Source: a virus (taxonomy: Duplodnaviria; Heunggongvirae; Uroviricota; Caudoviricetes). Taken from it: 64,000 nucleotides of DNA. Shown here piece by piece: positions 28,862-37,861 of this stretch. The stretch lies in the IMG/VR virus record IMGVR_UViG_3300044796_000394. One strand, written 5' to 3'. Position numbers and translations under genes: made by a program. The notes beneath the pieces are model-generated. The model was not told the origin of the DNA and searched no databases. It saw only the letters and a list, made by a program, of their open reading frames with translations. The first letter of the stretch is position 1, and each line of letters opens with the position of its first letter.

Positions 28862-29306
28862 TTGTTAACGTATAACCGAATTCTTCCCCGTAATAAATGT
28901 TGGCTTTCGGGATCTTCGTATTGGACGCCTTGTAATTCTTGGCTTGCCCTTGAAGGAACGAAAGCGTGTCACGGAAATTCTTAAATGTCGTTTTCGTCCC
29001 ATCCAGTAATTGAAGGTTGATGGTATCGTCGGCCATCACTGTAACCTTGAATCTCTTTTCTTCTTCTTCCTCTCTGTCGTTAATACTGAAAGGAAGGTCG
29101 CCATCCGTTGCCTCTGTCAGAATTTCTTTCGTCTTATTCTCAGTGGTGGAATAGACGATGTGCTTGCCTGCTTTCCTTTGATCGACAATATGACTCACAA
29201 GGTTGAGGCCAAGAATAATGACTTCGTGTTTACCCATTCCCATGCTTGAAGCAAGGTTTGTGATTCTGTTGTCTTCTTCCGTAATCGCTATGATGATCTT
29301 TCCCAT
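28845..29306 (-). CDS. hypothetical protein
   Basis: 153-aa ORF. Confidence 0.6.
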   Translation of the reverse strand: MGKIIIAITEEDNRITNLASSMGMGKHEVIILGLNLVSHIVDQRKAGKHIVYSTTENKTKEILTEATDGDLPFSINDREEEEEKRFKVTVMADDTINLQLLDGTKTTFKNFRDTLSFLQGQAKNYKASNTKIPKANIYYGEEFGYTLTIRPNS

Positions 29307-29437
29307 GTCTTTTGTCCCTGCTGAATAGAAAGTTAATTTGATAAATCGCTACGGATTTCGCAATTCGCACATAATACCACCATATTTTTTGTAATCAACA
29401 CCACTCTAATAGTTAATCTTCTCGTTAGGGTGAAAAA

Positions 29438-29953
29438 TTGAAAATCGCTTACTTCATTTTGGGGCCGGAAAGCAGCGGCACTCGCATGATCACCAAGGCT
29501 TTTTGTTCGCTTGGCATTTATGGCGACCACAAGCATCGCCAAAGAATGGATGATCTGAATTTTGCTAAGACGCCTGCGAGCATCGTCTTAAGACGGAGCT
29601 TGCCTCACGGTGAACTTTGGCCCGCTATTGCCGATACAATCACATTGATGAAACGTGGCGGCTACCAGCATGTCGTGCCTATCTTAATTATTCGTGACAA
29701 AGACGCCACTGTTAAATCTCAACTTCGCCATGTTCACGAAAAGGACGAAGAAGTCTCTCGTAACAATGTTGCTTATAGCATCGATCACACCTATAGAGAC
29801 TTGGCCAAGATCGGCTTACTGCCGACCATAATTTGCTATGAACCATTTGTTAAATATGAACATGTCCGAAAACTATTCTTTGACAGCTTGGGTTTGCCAA
29901 ATCCGGTCATGGATTTTTATGACGCAAACGAGCAATACAAGGAGGGCGAATGA
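29438..29953 (+). CDS. P-loop/sulfotransferase-like protein (paralog 1)
   Basis: ILGPESSGTRM, LRRSLPHG, IIRDKDA, YEPFV. Confidence 0.6.
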   Translation: MKIAYFILGPESSGTRMITKAFCSLGIYGDHKHRQRMDDLNFAKTPASIVLRRSLPHGELWPAIADTITLMKRGGYQHVVPILIIRDKDATVKSQLRHVHEKDEEVSRNNVAYSIDHTYRDLAKIGLLPTIICYEPFVKYEHVRKLFFDSLGLPNPVMDFYDANEQYKEGE

Positions 29954-30471
29954 AAAGAGCGTTCTTTGTAATTGGACCAGAAAGTAGCGGCACACGAATG
30001 ATGACGAGAGCGTTCATTAAATGTGGTGCGTACGGCAGTGGTGGACATCTTCAAATACTGGACGAAGAGGGTTTTAAAGGTGGACACGAAATGATCGTTT
30101 TTCGTCGGAGTGTTCCTCATGGAAAATTCATGCCCAAGTTGTCCAGACTCGTTGGGCGTATGACAAAAAACAATTACGTTATTACCCCCATAGTCATTTT
30201 GCGAGATAAGGATGCTTGTGCTGCATCTCAAGTCAAAAATAAACATGCTAAAAATTTAGAAGAGTCTCGTTTGAGTATTGAAGAAGCAGTTAATCATATT
30301 TACTCGGAATTGTCTTCTGTCGAGCTCCATCCCATCATCATTCATTATGAACCATTCGTGAAAAATCAGGATGTTCGTAAGGCTTTTTTCACATCGTTAG
30401 GTCTCTCAGTACCTCAGATGGAATTCTACGATGGTAACGAACAGTACAAAGAAAATAATGAGAGTGACTAA
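29950..30471 (+). CDS. P-loop/sulfotransferase-like protein (paralog 2)
   Basis: VIGPESSGTRM, FRRSVPHG, ILRDKDA, YEPFV. Confidence 0.6.
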   Translation: MKRAFFVIGPESSGTRMMTRAFIKCGAYGSGGHLQILDEEGFKGGHEMIVFRRSVPHGKFMPKLSRLVGRMTKNNYVITPIVILRDKDACAASQVKNKHAKNLEESRLSIEEAVNHIYSELSSVELHPIIIHYEPFVKNQDVRKAFFTSLGLSVPQMEFYDGNEQYKENNESD

Positions 30472-30499
30472 TTTAAGTTATTCTCATTTAGGAATCATT

Positions 30500-31276
30500 A
30501 TGCCAATTCGTTTAAAGACTCATTCAACAATTAATCGTGGTTACGGCTGGAAGCGTGGACTCCCCGACCAAAGAAAACCATTCTGTAATATCACCTTTGC
30601 CGGTGATCTGCCTTCTAAGGTAGATTTGCGTGACAAGTGTCCGGCAGTTTACGATCAAGGCGACTTGGGCAGTTGTACAGCAAATGCTCTCGCTGGCCTT
30701 TCCGAATTCTTAATGATCAAACAAGGTTTGACTCCTTATGTCCCTTCAAGATTGTTCATTTATTATAATGAAAGAGCGATTGAAGGCAGCATTAGTGACG
30801 ATGCCGGTGCTTCGTTAAGTGACGGCGCTTCGGTCATGGGAACCTTCGGTGCTCCTCATGAATCGTTGTGGTGGTACAATACCGCCAAGTTCAAAACCAA
30901 ACCCAATAAGTCTGTTTATACAGACGGTGCCAAACATCGACTTCACGAAGTTACCCGTGTTCAACAGAATCTTGATGCTTTCCGCAAAGTACTAGCTAGT
31001 GGCGTACCTTTCGTCGGCGGCTTCACTGTTTACAGTAGCTTTGAATCACCTTCGGTAGCTGCCAATGGCATTGTTTCAATGCCTAGCGTTGATGAAGACG
31101 TTTTAGGTGGACACGCAATTCTAATTGTAGGATACGATGATGTGGCCCGCCACTTTATCGTACGCAACAGTTGGGGATCAGGTTGGGGCGATAAGGGTTA
31201 TTTCTATATGCCTTACGACTACCTGCTCAGTAGCGATCTGGCAGATGATTTTTGGACTGCGAGCAAGATAGATTGA
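30500..31276 (+). CDS. papain-like C1 cysteine peptidase
   Basis: DQGDLGSCTAN, GGHAILIVGY, VRNSWG. Confidence 0.92.
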   Translation: MPIRLKTHSTINRGYGWKRGLPDQRKPFCNITFAGDLPSKVDLRDKCPAVYDQGDLGSCTANALAGLSEFLMIKQGLTPYVPSRLFIYYNERAIEGSISDDAGASLSDGASVMGTFGAPHESLWWYNTAKFKTKPNKSVYTDGAKHRLHEVTRVQQNLDAFRKVLASGVPFVGGFTVYSSFESPSVAANGIVSMPSVDEDVLGGHAILIVGYDDVARHFIVRNSWGSGWGDKGYFYMPYDYLLSSDLADDFWTASKID

Positions 31277-31310
31277 GTCCAGAAATCACTTCTAGTGTCT
31301 ACATAATTAT

Positions 31311-31880
31311 ATGAAAATAGCAATTGAAGACATTGATTTTGAATTTATTCTCAATGATAAGATGTTTTTGGGAACTCTTTGTAAACGTGGACATGATTAC
31401 GAAAATACCGGCAAGAGTCCGAGGTATAAAAAAGTACCCGGCTCTTGTCGTATTTGTCATGAAATTCGTCGGCGACAATGGTTGGTAGAAAACTCTTCAA
31501 GAATGAAGGAGCTTCAACGCACATGGAATTCTTCGCATAAAAAACATCATGCTGAGTGGAAGAGAAAATTCCGTAAACAAAAACCATTTTTGAGATATTT
31601 GGGTCGGGCGAGACGTGTATCTCACATAAAAGAAAATTTAATTGATGCTTCTTATCTAGAGGAGCAATGGTTCAAACAAGATGGCAAATGCTATTGGCTA
31701 AAAGTTAACTTAGAAATTGAAGCAGCGTCAAATTCACTTACAAAAGCCACACTTGATCGCCTCATTCCAGAAATGGGCTATACAAAAGAGAATGTCGTAT
31801 GGGCAAGCAGATTCGCCAATATTGGTAGAGGCAATGTTCCCGTTAAAGATTTCACGGCATTCTTGCAAGTAATTTTATAA
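31311..31880 (+). CDS. HNH-like endonuclease
   Basis: CKRGH..CRICH, CYW, TLDRLIPEMGYTKENV. Confidence 0.65.
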   Translation: MKIAIEDIDFEFILNDKMFLGTLCKRGHDYENTGKSPRYKKVPGSCRICHEIRRRQWLVENSSRMKELQRTWNSSHKKHHAEWKRKFRKQKPFLRYLGRARRVSHIKENLIDASYLEEQWFKQDGKCYWLKVNLEIEAASNSLTKATLDRLIPEMGYTKENVVWASRFANIGRGNVPVKDFTAFLQVIL

Positions 31881-31918
31881 TAAATCGAGATTTTATAGGT
31901 TTGGTTGATAGATAATGT

Positions 31919-32608
31919 ATGAAAAATAAATTAATGACAATTGGCGAATTGGCCGAAAGGTTATCCGTGAGTCCTGATGCAATCCGCAAATGGGAGCAGC
32001 GAGGATTGGTTAACTCAGCAAAAACTATGGGTGGTCATAGAAGATATACTGAATATGAAGCAGAGCGACTGCAACATCAAATGAACTTTCCACTTGAAAA
32101 AGGATTTTTTTCTGAAGTGACTGATGCTTGGCATCGAAAATCGAAATTTATTTCTTGGAAAAAGTTTGTTGCCTCTCACGATTCCGAAGAAAAAAATAAA
32201 CTCGGTAAGTGTCAAGGCTCTAAGATGGCTTTACTTGCTTTAGAAAAATTGGCTGACGCAGATTGGGAATCTATCGACAAAATAGATGAAGCTTTAGAAC
32301 CAATTTATGATTGGTATCGTCAAAATAGAGAATACTATTGGGAAACATTTTGTATTGGGTTACCCATGACACCAGAAAGACAAAATGTTGGGTATCAACT
32401 AGACGGCATATATCAAACTCTTTGGGGTATGCTTGGTATAGCAAGCAATGGTGAAAAAAGTGTTTTAGAAGGCAACGGGTCATTTCCACATGAAAGAGAT
32501 CGCATTAAGCTTGCCATTAAAAATGGATGGGACGGCAAAGGCAGTATTCATGATTGGCAGCAAAAACGTCTCTTTGAAAGAATTAAGCAATATGGTGAGC
32601 AAAATTGA
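31919..32608 (+). CDS. MerR-type HTH protein with unknown C-terminal domain
   Basis: MTIGELAERLSVSPDAIRKWEQRG..GGHRRY. Confidence 0.75.
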   Translation: MKNKLMTIGELAERLSVSPDAIRKWEQRGLVNSAKTMGGHRRYTEYEAERLQHQMNFPLEKGFFSEVTDAWHRKSKFISWKKFVASHDSEEKNKLGKCQGSKMALLALEKLADADWESIDKIDEALEPIYDWYRQNREYYWETFCIGLPMTPERQNVGYQLDGIYQTLWGMLGIASNGEKSVLEGNGSFPHERDRIKLAIKNGWDGKGSIHDWQQKRLFERIKQYGEQN

Positions 32609-32615
32609 CTAAAAC

Positions 32616-32648
32616 AAAAAAAGCCCGGCAATGCCGGGCTTTTTTTTT
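32616..32648. terminator. bidirectional intrinsic terminator
   Basis: A7 GCCCGGC-aat-GCCGGGC T9 between convergent genes. Confidence 0.9.
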
Positions 32649-32649
32649 A

Positions 32650-33201
32650 TTACTCATCACTCTCTTCTGAACCACCCGAACTTGATGAAATGCCTTCTTC
32701 ATCCTCTTCTTCCAATTCCGCTAATTCTTCCGTTGGAACTTCAACATCGTCGGACATCACTTTGAACTCTTCGCATTGAGGAATGGATTTGCTCTTCAGC
32801 CAATCGTGGAATACCATTAACAATTGTTTCCATACTTCTTCGGTCATTGCCATATAGACTTCGGAAGACACGATCAAGTTAATGGCGTCGTATCTCGCTT
32901 CATCTTCTTCCGACAAATAAGCCTGGCCGGGAACAAAGATTGCGCCGTGAGTATCGGCCAATAGTTTTTCGTCAGTTGTTTCTTTGAACCACAACCAAGG
33001 AAAATACCATTCACCTGTCTTTGTCTTCAATCGCCCTACGTATGACTCTTCGGGATTAACATCAGGCTCCATTTCGCCCGTTACAGTAAAGACGATTTTA
33101 CCGCAAAAGTAATTTTCATCATCTGTAGTGATATTGAAAAAATCCACAGGATAGTCATAATCACCTATCTTGAATGTTCCGCTACCAGTTGTTTCGCTCA
33201 T
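32650..33201 (-). CDS. acidic hypothetical protein
   Basis: 183-aa ORF with SD AAGG. Confidence 0.7.
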   Translation of the reverse strand: MSETTGSGTFKIGDYDYPVDFFNITTDDENYFCGKIVFTVTGEMEPDVNPEESYVGRLKTKTGEWYFPWLWFKETTDEKLLADTHGAIFVPGQAYLSEEDEARYDAINLIVSSEVYMAMTEEVWKQLLMVFHDWLKSKSIPQCEEFKVMSDDVEVPTEELAELEEEDEEGISSSSGGSEESDE

Positions 33202-33245
33202 TGTTATTTACCTTGTGTATTTGACCTCAATAACAAAGTGTCATC

Positions 33246-33995
33246 GTGCAAAATCTCACCGAAACTCGAATGACTTTTGAACAGGCATACAAAAATGCCA
33301 TCATGAACTCCGCTCTTTACGAACTAAAGGAAAATTCCAAAGGGCAGCAACCATCCCTCGCAGCAGTAGAAGCAGCAGCAAAGCAAGATGCTGCTACGAT
33401 CCACGGCTTAGTTGATGATCTTTGTAAAGATATGACACTTTTGTTTGGTAAACCTTTTAAGCGGCAGAGCATGTTACATGTTTTCACCTCTTTTATGTTT
33501 ATAGGTGTTGGTCAACCACTTAACTATGCGATCAATAACTACAACACATTTTTATCTGGATACATGAACGGCGTTATACAAACCATATCCCACTATCGTA
33601 AATTGAAATGGGTTGGGTCAGATGTTTTGATCGACAATATCGTGATCAAAAATGCCGAAATTAATGTTTCTAAAAATTTGAATGGTAATTTACAGAAAAC
33701 GAAATTTAATTATGAACCTTATGTTCTCCAAGGCGAAAACAAAAAATCTGTTGTTGCGATCCGCTTCGGGTCAGCATGGAGCAAGATCGGTCTCGTAAAA
33801 AATATTCAGAAAATGTATTACTTCTGGATGGGCTTGCCATTAAGTGGTGCAGCATTTACAATTTGGCTGCTGACGAAATTTGAAGATTCTGTTGTAGTAC
33901 TGATGTTGAGTATTATCAGCCTGCTTTGCGTGTCATTGACGGTATTGATGGGCATCAATATCTATCAGAAAAACCACAGCCCCATTAAGGTTTAA
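33246..33995 (+). CDS. hypothetical membrane protein
   Basis: Two C-terminal hydrophobic segments. Confidence 0.6.
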   Translation: MQNLTETRMTFEQAYKNAIMNSALYELKENSKGQQPSLAAVEAAAKQDAATIHGLVDDLCKDMTLLFGKPFKRQSMLHVFTSFMFIGVGQPLNYAINNYNTFLSGYMNGVIQTISHYRKLKWVGSDVLIDNIVIKNAEINVSKNLNGNLQKTKFNYEPYVLQGENKKSVVAIRFGSAWSKIGLVKNIQKMYYFWMGLPLSGAAFTIWLLTKFEDSVVVLMLSIISLLCVSLTVLMGINIYQKNHSPIKV

Positions 33996-33996
33996 G

Positions 33997-34746
33997 ATGT
34001 TCAACTTCCTGAAAAACAAAGTTAATTCCATCAACACCGAAAAGGTGTTTGCTGTTTGCCGATGGTTCAACATTAAGCTTTGTTCGGCCTTTGGGATCGT
34101 GACGACCATTCACTGGTCTGTTCTCGCATTCATATTGGGCCTTGTAGTGTTCAGTGGCACCGAGACAGCGTGGATTTTCGGTATTGCTATGTTGAGCGTC
34201 GTACCGCACGAATACGGCCACTCTTTGGCTGCACTCTATTACGGCATCAAGACTCAACGCATCCTTATTTATCCAGTCGGTGGCGTAGCACTTATAGAGA
34301 AGATGCCGCCTAAATGGTACCAAGAAACTGTTGTGTCATTGGCAGGCCCGGCAGTGTCACTAGCACTGGCATTGATAGGGTTTTTAGGTGCGTGGGCCGA
34401 AGGCAAAACCAAACTCGTATTACATGATGGTGAGTTGGGAACCACATATGACATACGCAGTTTTTGGTGTGCGTTGTTTTTAGTAAATATCGGACTCTTC
34501 CTCTTTAACATGCTTCCGGCATTCCCAATGGATGGCGGGCGAGTTTTACGATCAGTCTTATCGAGCTTCTTGGGCTTCTTCCGAGCAACACAGATCAGTC
34601 ATTATGTTGCTATGGCATTAGCTGCTTTGATGGGTGTCGTCGGTTTACTAACTGGCGGATTTGGCTTGATAGTGACGGGAGTGCTGGTATACTACATGTC
34701 GTCGCAGGAGTACAATTCTGCGAAGGCCCAAAGAAATATTTATTGA
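33997..34746 (+). CDS. site-2 protease (M50 family)
   Basis: HEYGH, AGP, NMLPAFPMDGGR, multiple TM segments. Confidence 0.92.
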   Translation: MFNFLKNKVNSINTEKVFAVCRWFNIKLCSAFGIVTTIHWSVLAFILGLVVFSGTETAWIFGIAMLSVVPHEYGHSLAALYYGIKTQRILIYPVGGVALIEKMPPKWYQETVVSLAGPAVSLALALIGFLGAWAEGKTKLVLHDGELGTTYDIRSFWCALFLVNIGLFLFNMLPAFPMDGGRVLRSVLSSFLGFFRATQISHYVAMALAALMGVVGLLTGGFGLIVTGVLVYYMSSQEYNSAKAQRNIY

Positions 34747-34771
34747 AAATACAAAAAGGCCACTATATAAT
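34743..34771 (+). promoter_or_regulatory. sigma70-type promoter
   Basis: TTGAAA-17 nt-TATAAT. Confidence 0.75.
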
Positions 34772-34805
34772 CTTGTTGTTGGAACACCGTTTTAGAGAAT
34801 TACAA

Positions 34806-34895
34806 ATGTCATCGAGCTACGAGCATAAATCTGGAAATCAAGGCTGGCACATCGCCAAGCGTCCAGAATGCGCACAGCCTACCACCAACACATAG
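34806..34895 (+). CDS. putative 29-aa leader peptide MSSSYEHKSGNQGWHIAKRPECAQPTTNT
   Basis: ORF between promoter and terminator; below ORF-track cutoff. Confidence 0.4.
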   Translation: MSSSYEHKSGNQGWHIAKRPECAQPTTNT

Positions 34896-34949
34896 TCTCA
34901 GGTCTTATATGAACCTGAGTTAAACACTCGGTTCAGTAAAAACTTTTTT

Positions 34950-34977
34950 ACCCATCCGAGTTCCGGATGGGTTTTTT
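34950..34977 (+). terminator. intrinsic terminator upstream of CDS 35006
   Basis: ACCCATCCG-agttc-CGGATGGGT + T-run. Confidence 0.8.
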
Positions 34978-35005
34978 GTTTTGTATATGGTAAACTGGTT
35001 AGACC

Positions 35006-36385
35006 ATGATACCAGAATTGAAAATCGTGAGATGCATTAGTCCACAGCAAGAAACTGTGGACATGCGACCCCAAGAACTTTTAGAAGTTGTCTTGGTGGG
35101 ACATAGCAATGCGAGGTGGGCGTACTTAAATCCGTCTAACACCAGCTTGCCAAGACTGAGAGTTGTAAGACAAGAAACCTCCGTAGATGATGGTTTCAAA
35201 AGAGGCGGCAGATTGAACTTTAAGGTTCAAAGAGCAGCCCGAAAGCCTTGTGAATGGCAACATCATTTTTGGTTCCGTATAGAGCCAAGTGATGTACGAA
35301 AACTGGAAGACGCTCTCGAAGGCAGAGGTTCATTTGAGATAGCTCATTTGATGTTCTCGGTAATGGTTAACGACAAACTGAGAACGGTTGCGGATTTGCG
35401 GGTGAATGTTATAGCCGAAAAAGAAGACAAAGAGGAATACTTTGAACTTCTTAACGGTACGAACTTCGCAGGCAAAGATCCGATTTTGAATGAGGGTTTG
35501 TCAAGCGGATCAAGCGGTAGAGTCTTCAAACTTGAAGATGGTTACATGCTCAATCCTTCGAATGAGCAAGTGATTTTTGAGAGAAATGAGCAACAGATGC
35601 TCGCTGAATTTGCTGCACCACCCAAGCATCAAATTAAGAATAGACGATGGGTGTATAGAGCCGAAAATCAATGGGATGGAATGTCGGTCAATGAATTGCC
35701 TCCGAGGCAAATCAATGGCCAAATCATTCAAAGGTTCATGATTCAGAATTTGAATAGCTCCGCTTTGATCGGAGTCGCCTGCCGCAAGATGGGCAAGATT
35801 CTGTTTACCATAGTTGATGGCGAAAATGCTCGATATTCCGCTTTTGATCGGAAGCTCGATGTGATCGTCACAAACCAGCGGGAGCTTGGACAAGAGTTTG
35901 TAGCCACGGAAGACGATGACTTACTTGAGTTAACAGAGAACGTTGCCAAAGAGGCATGGTTAAGTAAGTTCGCAAGAGACTACAAGGAGAGACGTACCGC
36001 TCGATCAAAAGTCGTGATCGATGAGCTTGAATGCTTCAATCATGACTTAGGACACGGACTGTATGTAAAAAGTTTGGAAAGTATGGACTTGAAAACAGTC
36101 TTTGATGCAAGGGATTTGGATGTAATCTATCTTCCAGAACATCAGGATTTGTTGATCATCCTACCGTCCAATCCGGATGCAAGATGGATGCTTGAAAACC
36201 AAGAGCAATTTCTAAAAACTTTGCTTGCTTTGAATGATGGGAATCGACAACGATTTACTTTCTGTCATAATGACAAAAAGGGCGAGTGTAATAATTTGAC
36301 TTTCCGTGTAGGGAAGATAACGAGACGAGTTTACGTCAGAAGGAAACGAGAAACGGTTTACGATGTAGACCGATACCCAGACTAG
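35006..36385 (+). CDS. hypothetical protein
   Basis: 459-aa ORF; no motif recognised. Confidence 0.75.
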   Translation: MIPELKIVRCISPQQETVDMRPQELLEVVLVGHSNARWAYLNPSNTSLPRLRVVRQETSVDDGFKRGGRLNFKVQRAARKPCEWQHHFWFRIEPSDVRKLEDALEGRGSFEIAHLMFSVMVNDKLRTVADLRVNVIAEKEDKEEYFELLNGTNFAGKDPILNEGLSSGSSGRVFKLEDGYMLNPSNEQVIFERNEQQMLAEFAAPPKHQIKNRRWVYRAENQWDGMSVNELPPRQINGQIIQRFMIQNLNSSALIGVACRKMGKILFTIVDGENARYSAFDRKLDVIVTNQRELGQEFVATEDDDLLELTENVAKEAWLSKFARDYKERRTARSKVVIDELECFNHDLGHGLYVKSLESMDLKTVFDARDLDVIYLPEHQDLLIILPSNPDARWMLENQEQFLKTLLALNDGNRQRFTFCHNDKKGECNNLTFRVGKITRRVYVRRKRETVYDVDRYPD

Positions 36386-36396
36386 AGGTAAAAGCC

Positions 36397-36675
36397 ATGA
36401 AATTCAGCAAAGTTGAAACTTATGAAAATTGGTGTAATATCGACAGACTGAACGACAAGGAATTCGTCAACGGTGAAGCAGTAGAAGTTCAATGGCCGGA
36501 TGGAACCACGACAACCGAAAAGATCGTGTACGATAAAGACTCAAAGGTACTCAATGACGCAGGGGAAGATTACCTTGCCAGAGACTACAAAGCCTTTATT
36601 AAAGCGGATGTGCGAGGCAGCAAAGTTAAAGTTCCACTTCGGAAATCAGACATCTTGCTGAGACGCTTGGGATAA
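36397..36675 (+). CDS. hypothetical protein
   Basis: 92-aa ORF with SD GAGGT. Confidence 0.65.
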   Translation: MKFSKVETYENWCNIDRLNDKEFVNGEAVEVQWPDGTTTTEKIVYDKDSKVLNDAGEDYLARDYKAFIKADVRGSKVKVPLRKSDILLRRLG

Positions 36676-36681
36676 ACAACC

Positions 36682-36749
36682 GGGTCTACTTGCGGGCAAG
36701 CTCTGGGTTTTGCAAATCCGGCAACGGGGTTCAACTCCCCGTAGATCCA
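36682..36749 (+). tRNA. atypical 68-nt tRNA, Ala-like (TGC), mini D-arm
   Basis: GGGTCTA/TAGATCC acceptor with G3:U70 and A73; T-arm CGGGG-TTCAACT-CCCCG; loop TTTGCAA in 6-bp stem. Confidence 0.6.
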
Positions 36750-36763
36750 CTAGGAGAAGAAAA

Positions 36764-36958
36764 ATGTTTCACGTATTCAAATGCGACAATGGAACAGTGA
36801 TTGCGGTTCATGTTAATAAGTATGGGGACATTAGTGTTTACGATAAGGTGAACCCTAAAGAACTCAAAGAGGTTGGAACATTTGAAGCAGATGGTGTTTC
36901 AGATTTCAATCACGGCATGAGGCGGGCAATAGAAGTAGCAATGGATGAAGGGGCATAA
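36764..36958 (+). CDS. hypothetical protein
   Basis: ATG 36764 with SD AGGAG. Confidence 0.6.
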   Translation: MFHVFKCDNGTVIAVHVNKYGDISVYDKVNPKELKEVGTFEADGVSDFNHGMRRAIEVAMDEGA

Positions 36959-36963
36959 AACAT

Positions 36964-37036
36964 GCCTTCGTAACTCAACTGGCAGAGTAGCGGTCTTTTA
37001 AACCGAAGGTTGTGGGTTCGACTCCCACCGATGGCA
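36964..37036 (+). tRNA. tRNA-Lys(TTT)
   Basis: Cloverleaf; loop CTTTTAA. Confidence 0.9.
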
Positions 37037-37088
37037 CTAACATTCAATCGAAAGATTGAAGTTCTTTGACAACTTAGTTTTTATTTTT

Positions 37089-37156
37089 GAACCATCCGGC
37101 GGATCGGCGCTAAGTTTGCGAAATTTGGATGGCAAGTTCGACTCTTGCATGGTTCA
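37089..37156 (+). tRNA. atypical 68-nt tRNA-Arg(GCG), mini D-arm
   Basis: GAACCAT/ATGGTTC acceptor; loop TTGCGAA; T-arm GCAAG-TTCGACT-CTTGC. Confidence 0.6.
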
Positions 37157-37181
37157 CTTTGACTAACTCTGTGAAGCGGAG

Positions 37182-37288
37182 CGGTAGCATAACCCCTACC
37201 GGTTTAATGAGTGTAGGCTGTGGCAGGCGAAATAACGCTAAGGCCAATGACACTTAACCTTTATCGTGACATTAAGATGATGATAAAG
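37182..37288 (+). ncRNA. candidate structured RNA
   Basis: Stems CGGTAG/CTACCG, TGAGTGT/ACACTTA, CTTTATCGT/ATGATAAAG in ORF-free gap. Confidence 0.35.
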
Positions 37289-37302
37289 TGAATGTCGAAC
37301 AT

Positions 37303-37375
37303 GCTCTCATAGCTCAACTGGAAGAGTACCTCGTTTCGACCGAGGCGGTTGTAAGTTCAACTCTTACTGAGAGTA
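37303..37375 (+). tRNA. tRNA-Arg(TCG)
   Basis: Cloverleaf; CCTCG-TTTCGAC-CGAGG. Confidence 0.85.
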
Positions 37376-37446
37376 CTAAGGCGACGACTGCCTTTCAAAT
37401 GATAGAGCCTTCAACGGTTTAGTGCCTTTTGATAAATGTCGTAATT

Positions 37447-37519
37447 GATCCCGTCGCCAAGAGGCTCAAGGCATCGATCTGCAAAATCGACATCGTAGGT
37501 TCAAATCCTACCGGGGTCT
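37447..37519 (+). tRNA. tRNA-Cys(GCA)
   Basis: TCGAT-CTGCAAA-ATCGA; U73. Confidence 0.92.
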
Positions 37520-37546
37520 CTGTTAACTTTTCAACTAGGAATAACC

Positions 37547-37762
37547 ATGAACGACATTCAACTTCGAACATTAATCGGTCAAACTGTTGGCGATGCCGAA
37601 CTTATTGTAATCGCTAATGGATTTACCCCTATGATTTTTGAAGTTAACGAAATCAGAATTAGTTTGGGTTATTCAGCCAATGTGGTAACATTAGAACATC
37701 AAGACAACATTGTCGTCGGTGCGTACACACAAGCTACCATTGACAGCCAGTACAGGAAATAA
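37547..37762 (+). CDS. hypothetical protein
   Basis: 71-aa ORF with SD AGGA between tRNAs. Confidence 0.6.
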   Translation: MNDIQLRTLIGQTVGDAELIVIANGFTPMIFEVNEIRISLGYSANVVTLEHQDNIVVGAYTQATIDSQYRK

Positions 37763-37768
37763 CATAAT

Positions 37769-37841
37769 GCCACCGTAGCTCAATTGGCAGAGCAAGTGTC
37801 TCTTAAACACGAGGTTGTGGGTTCGACTCCCGCCGATGGCA
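37769..37841 (+). tRNA. tRNA-Lys(CTT)
   Basis: GTGT-CTCTTAA-ACAC; cloverleaf. Confidence 0.9.
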
Positions 37842-37861
37842 CTCAACACAAGAGGTTAACA

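Noticed and set aside
31919-32608. IS607 transposase
   Set aside because: Only the MerR-like HTH matches; no serine-recombinase motif and no tnpB.
36682-36749. tmRNA, or tRNA-Cys(GCA)
   Set aside because: Contiguous 68 nt with no tag ORF; the GCA register breaks the anticodon stem and A73/G3:U70 fit Ala.
37203-37235. Hammerhead ribozyme (TTAATGAG...GAAA)
   Set aside because: Core deviates from CUGANGA and stem II does not form.
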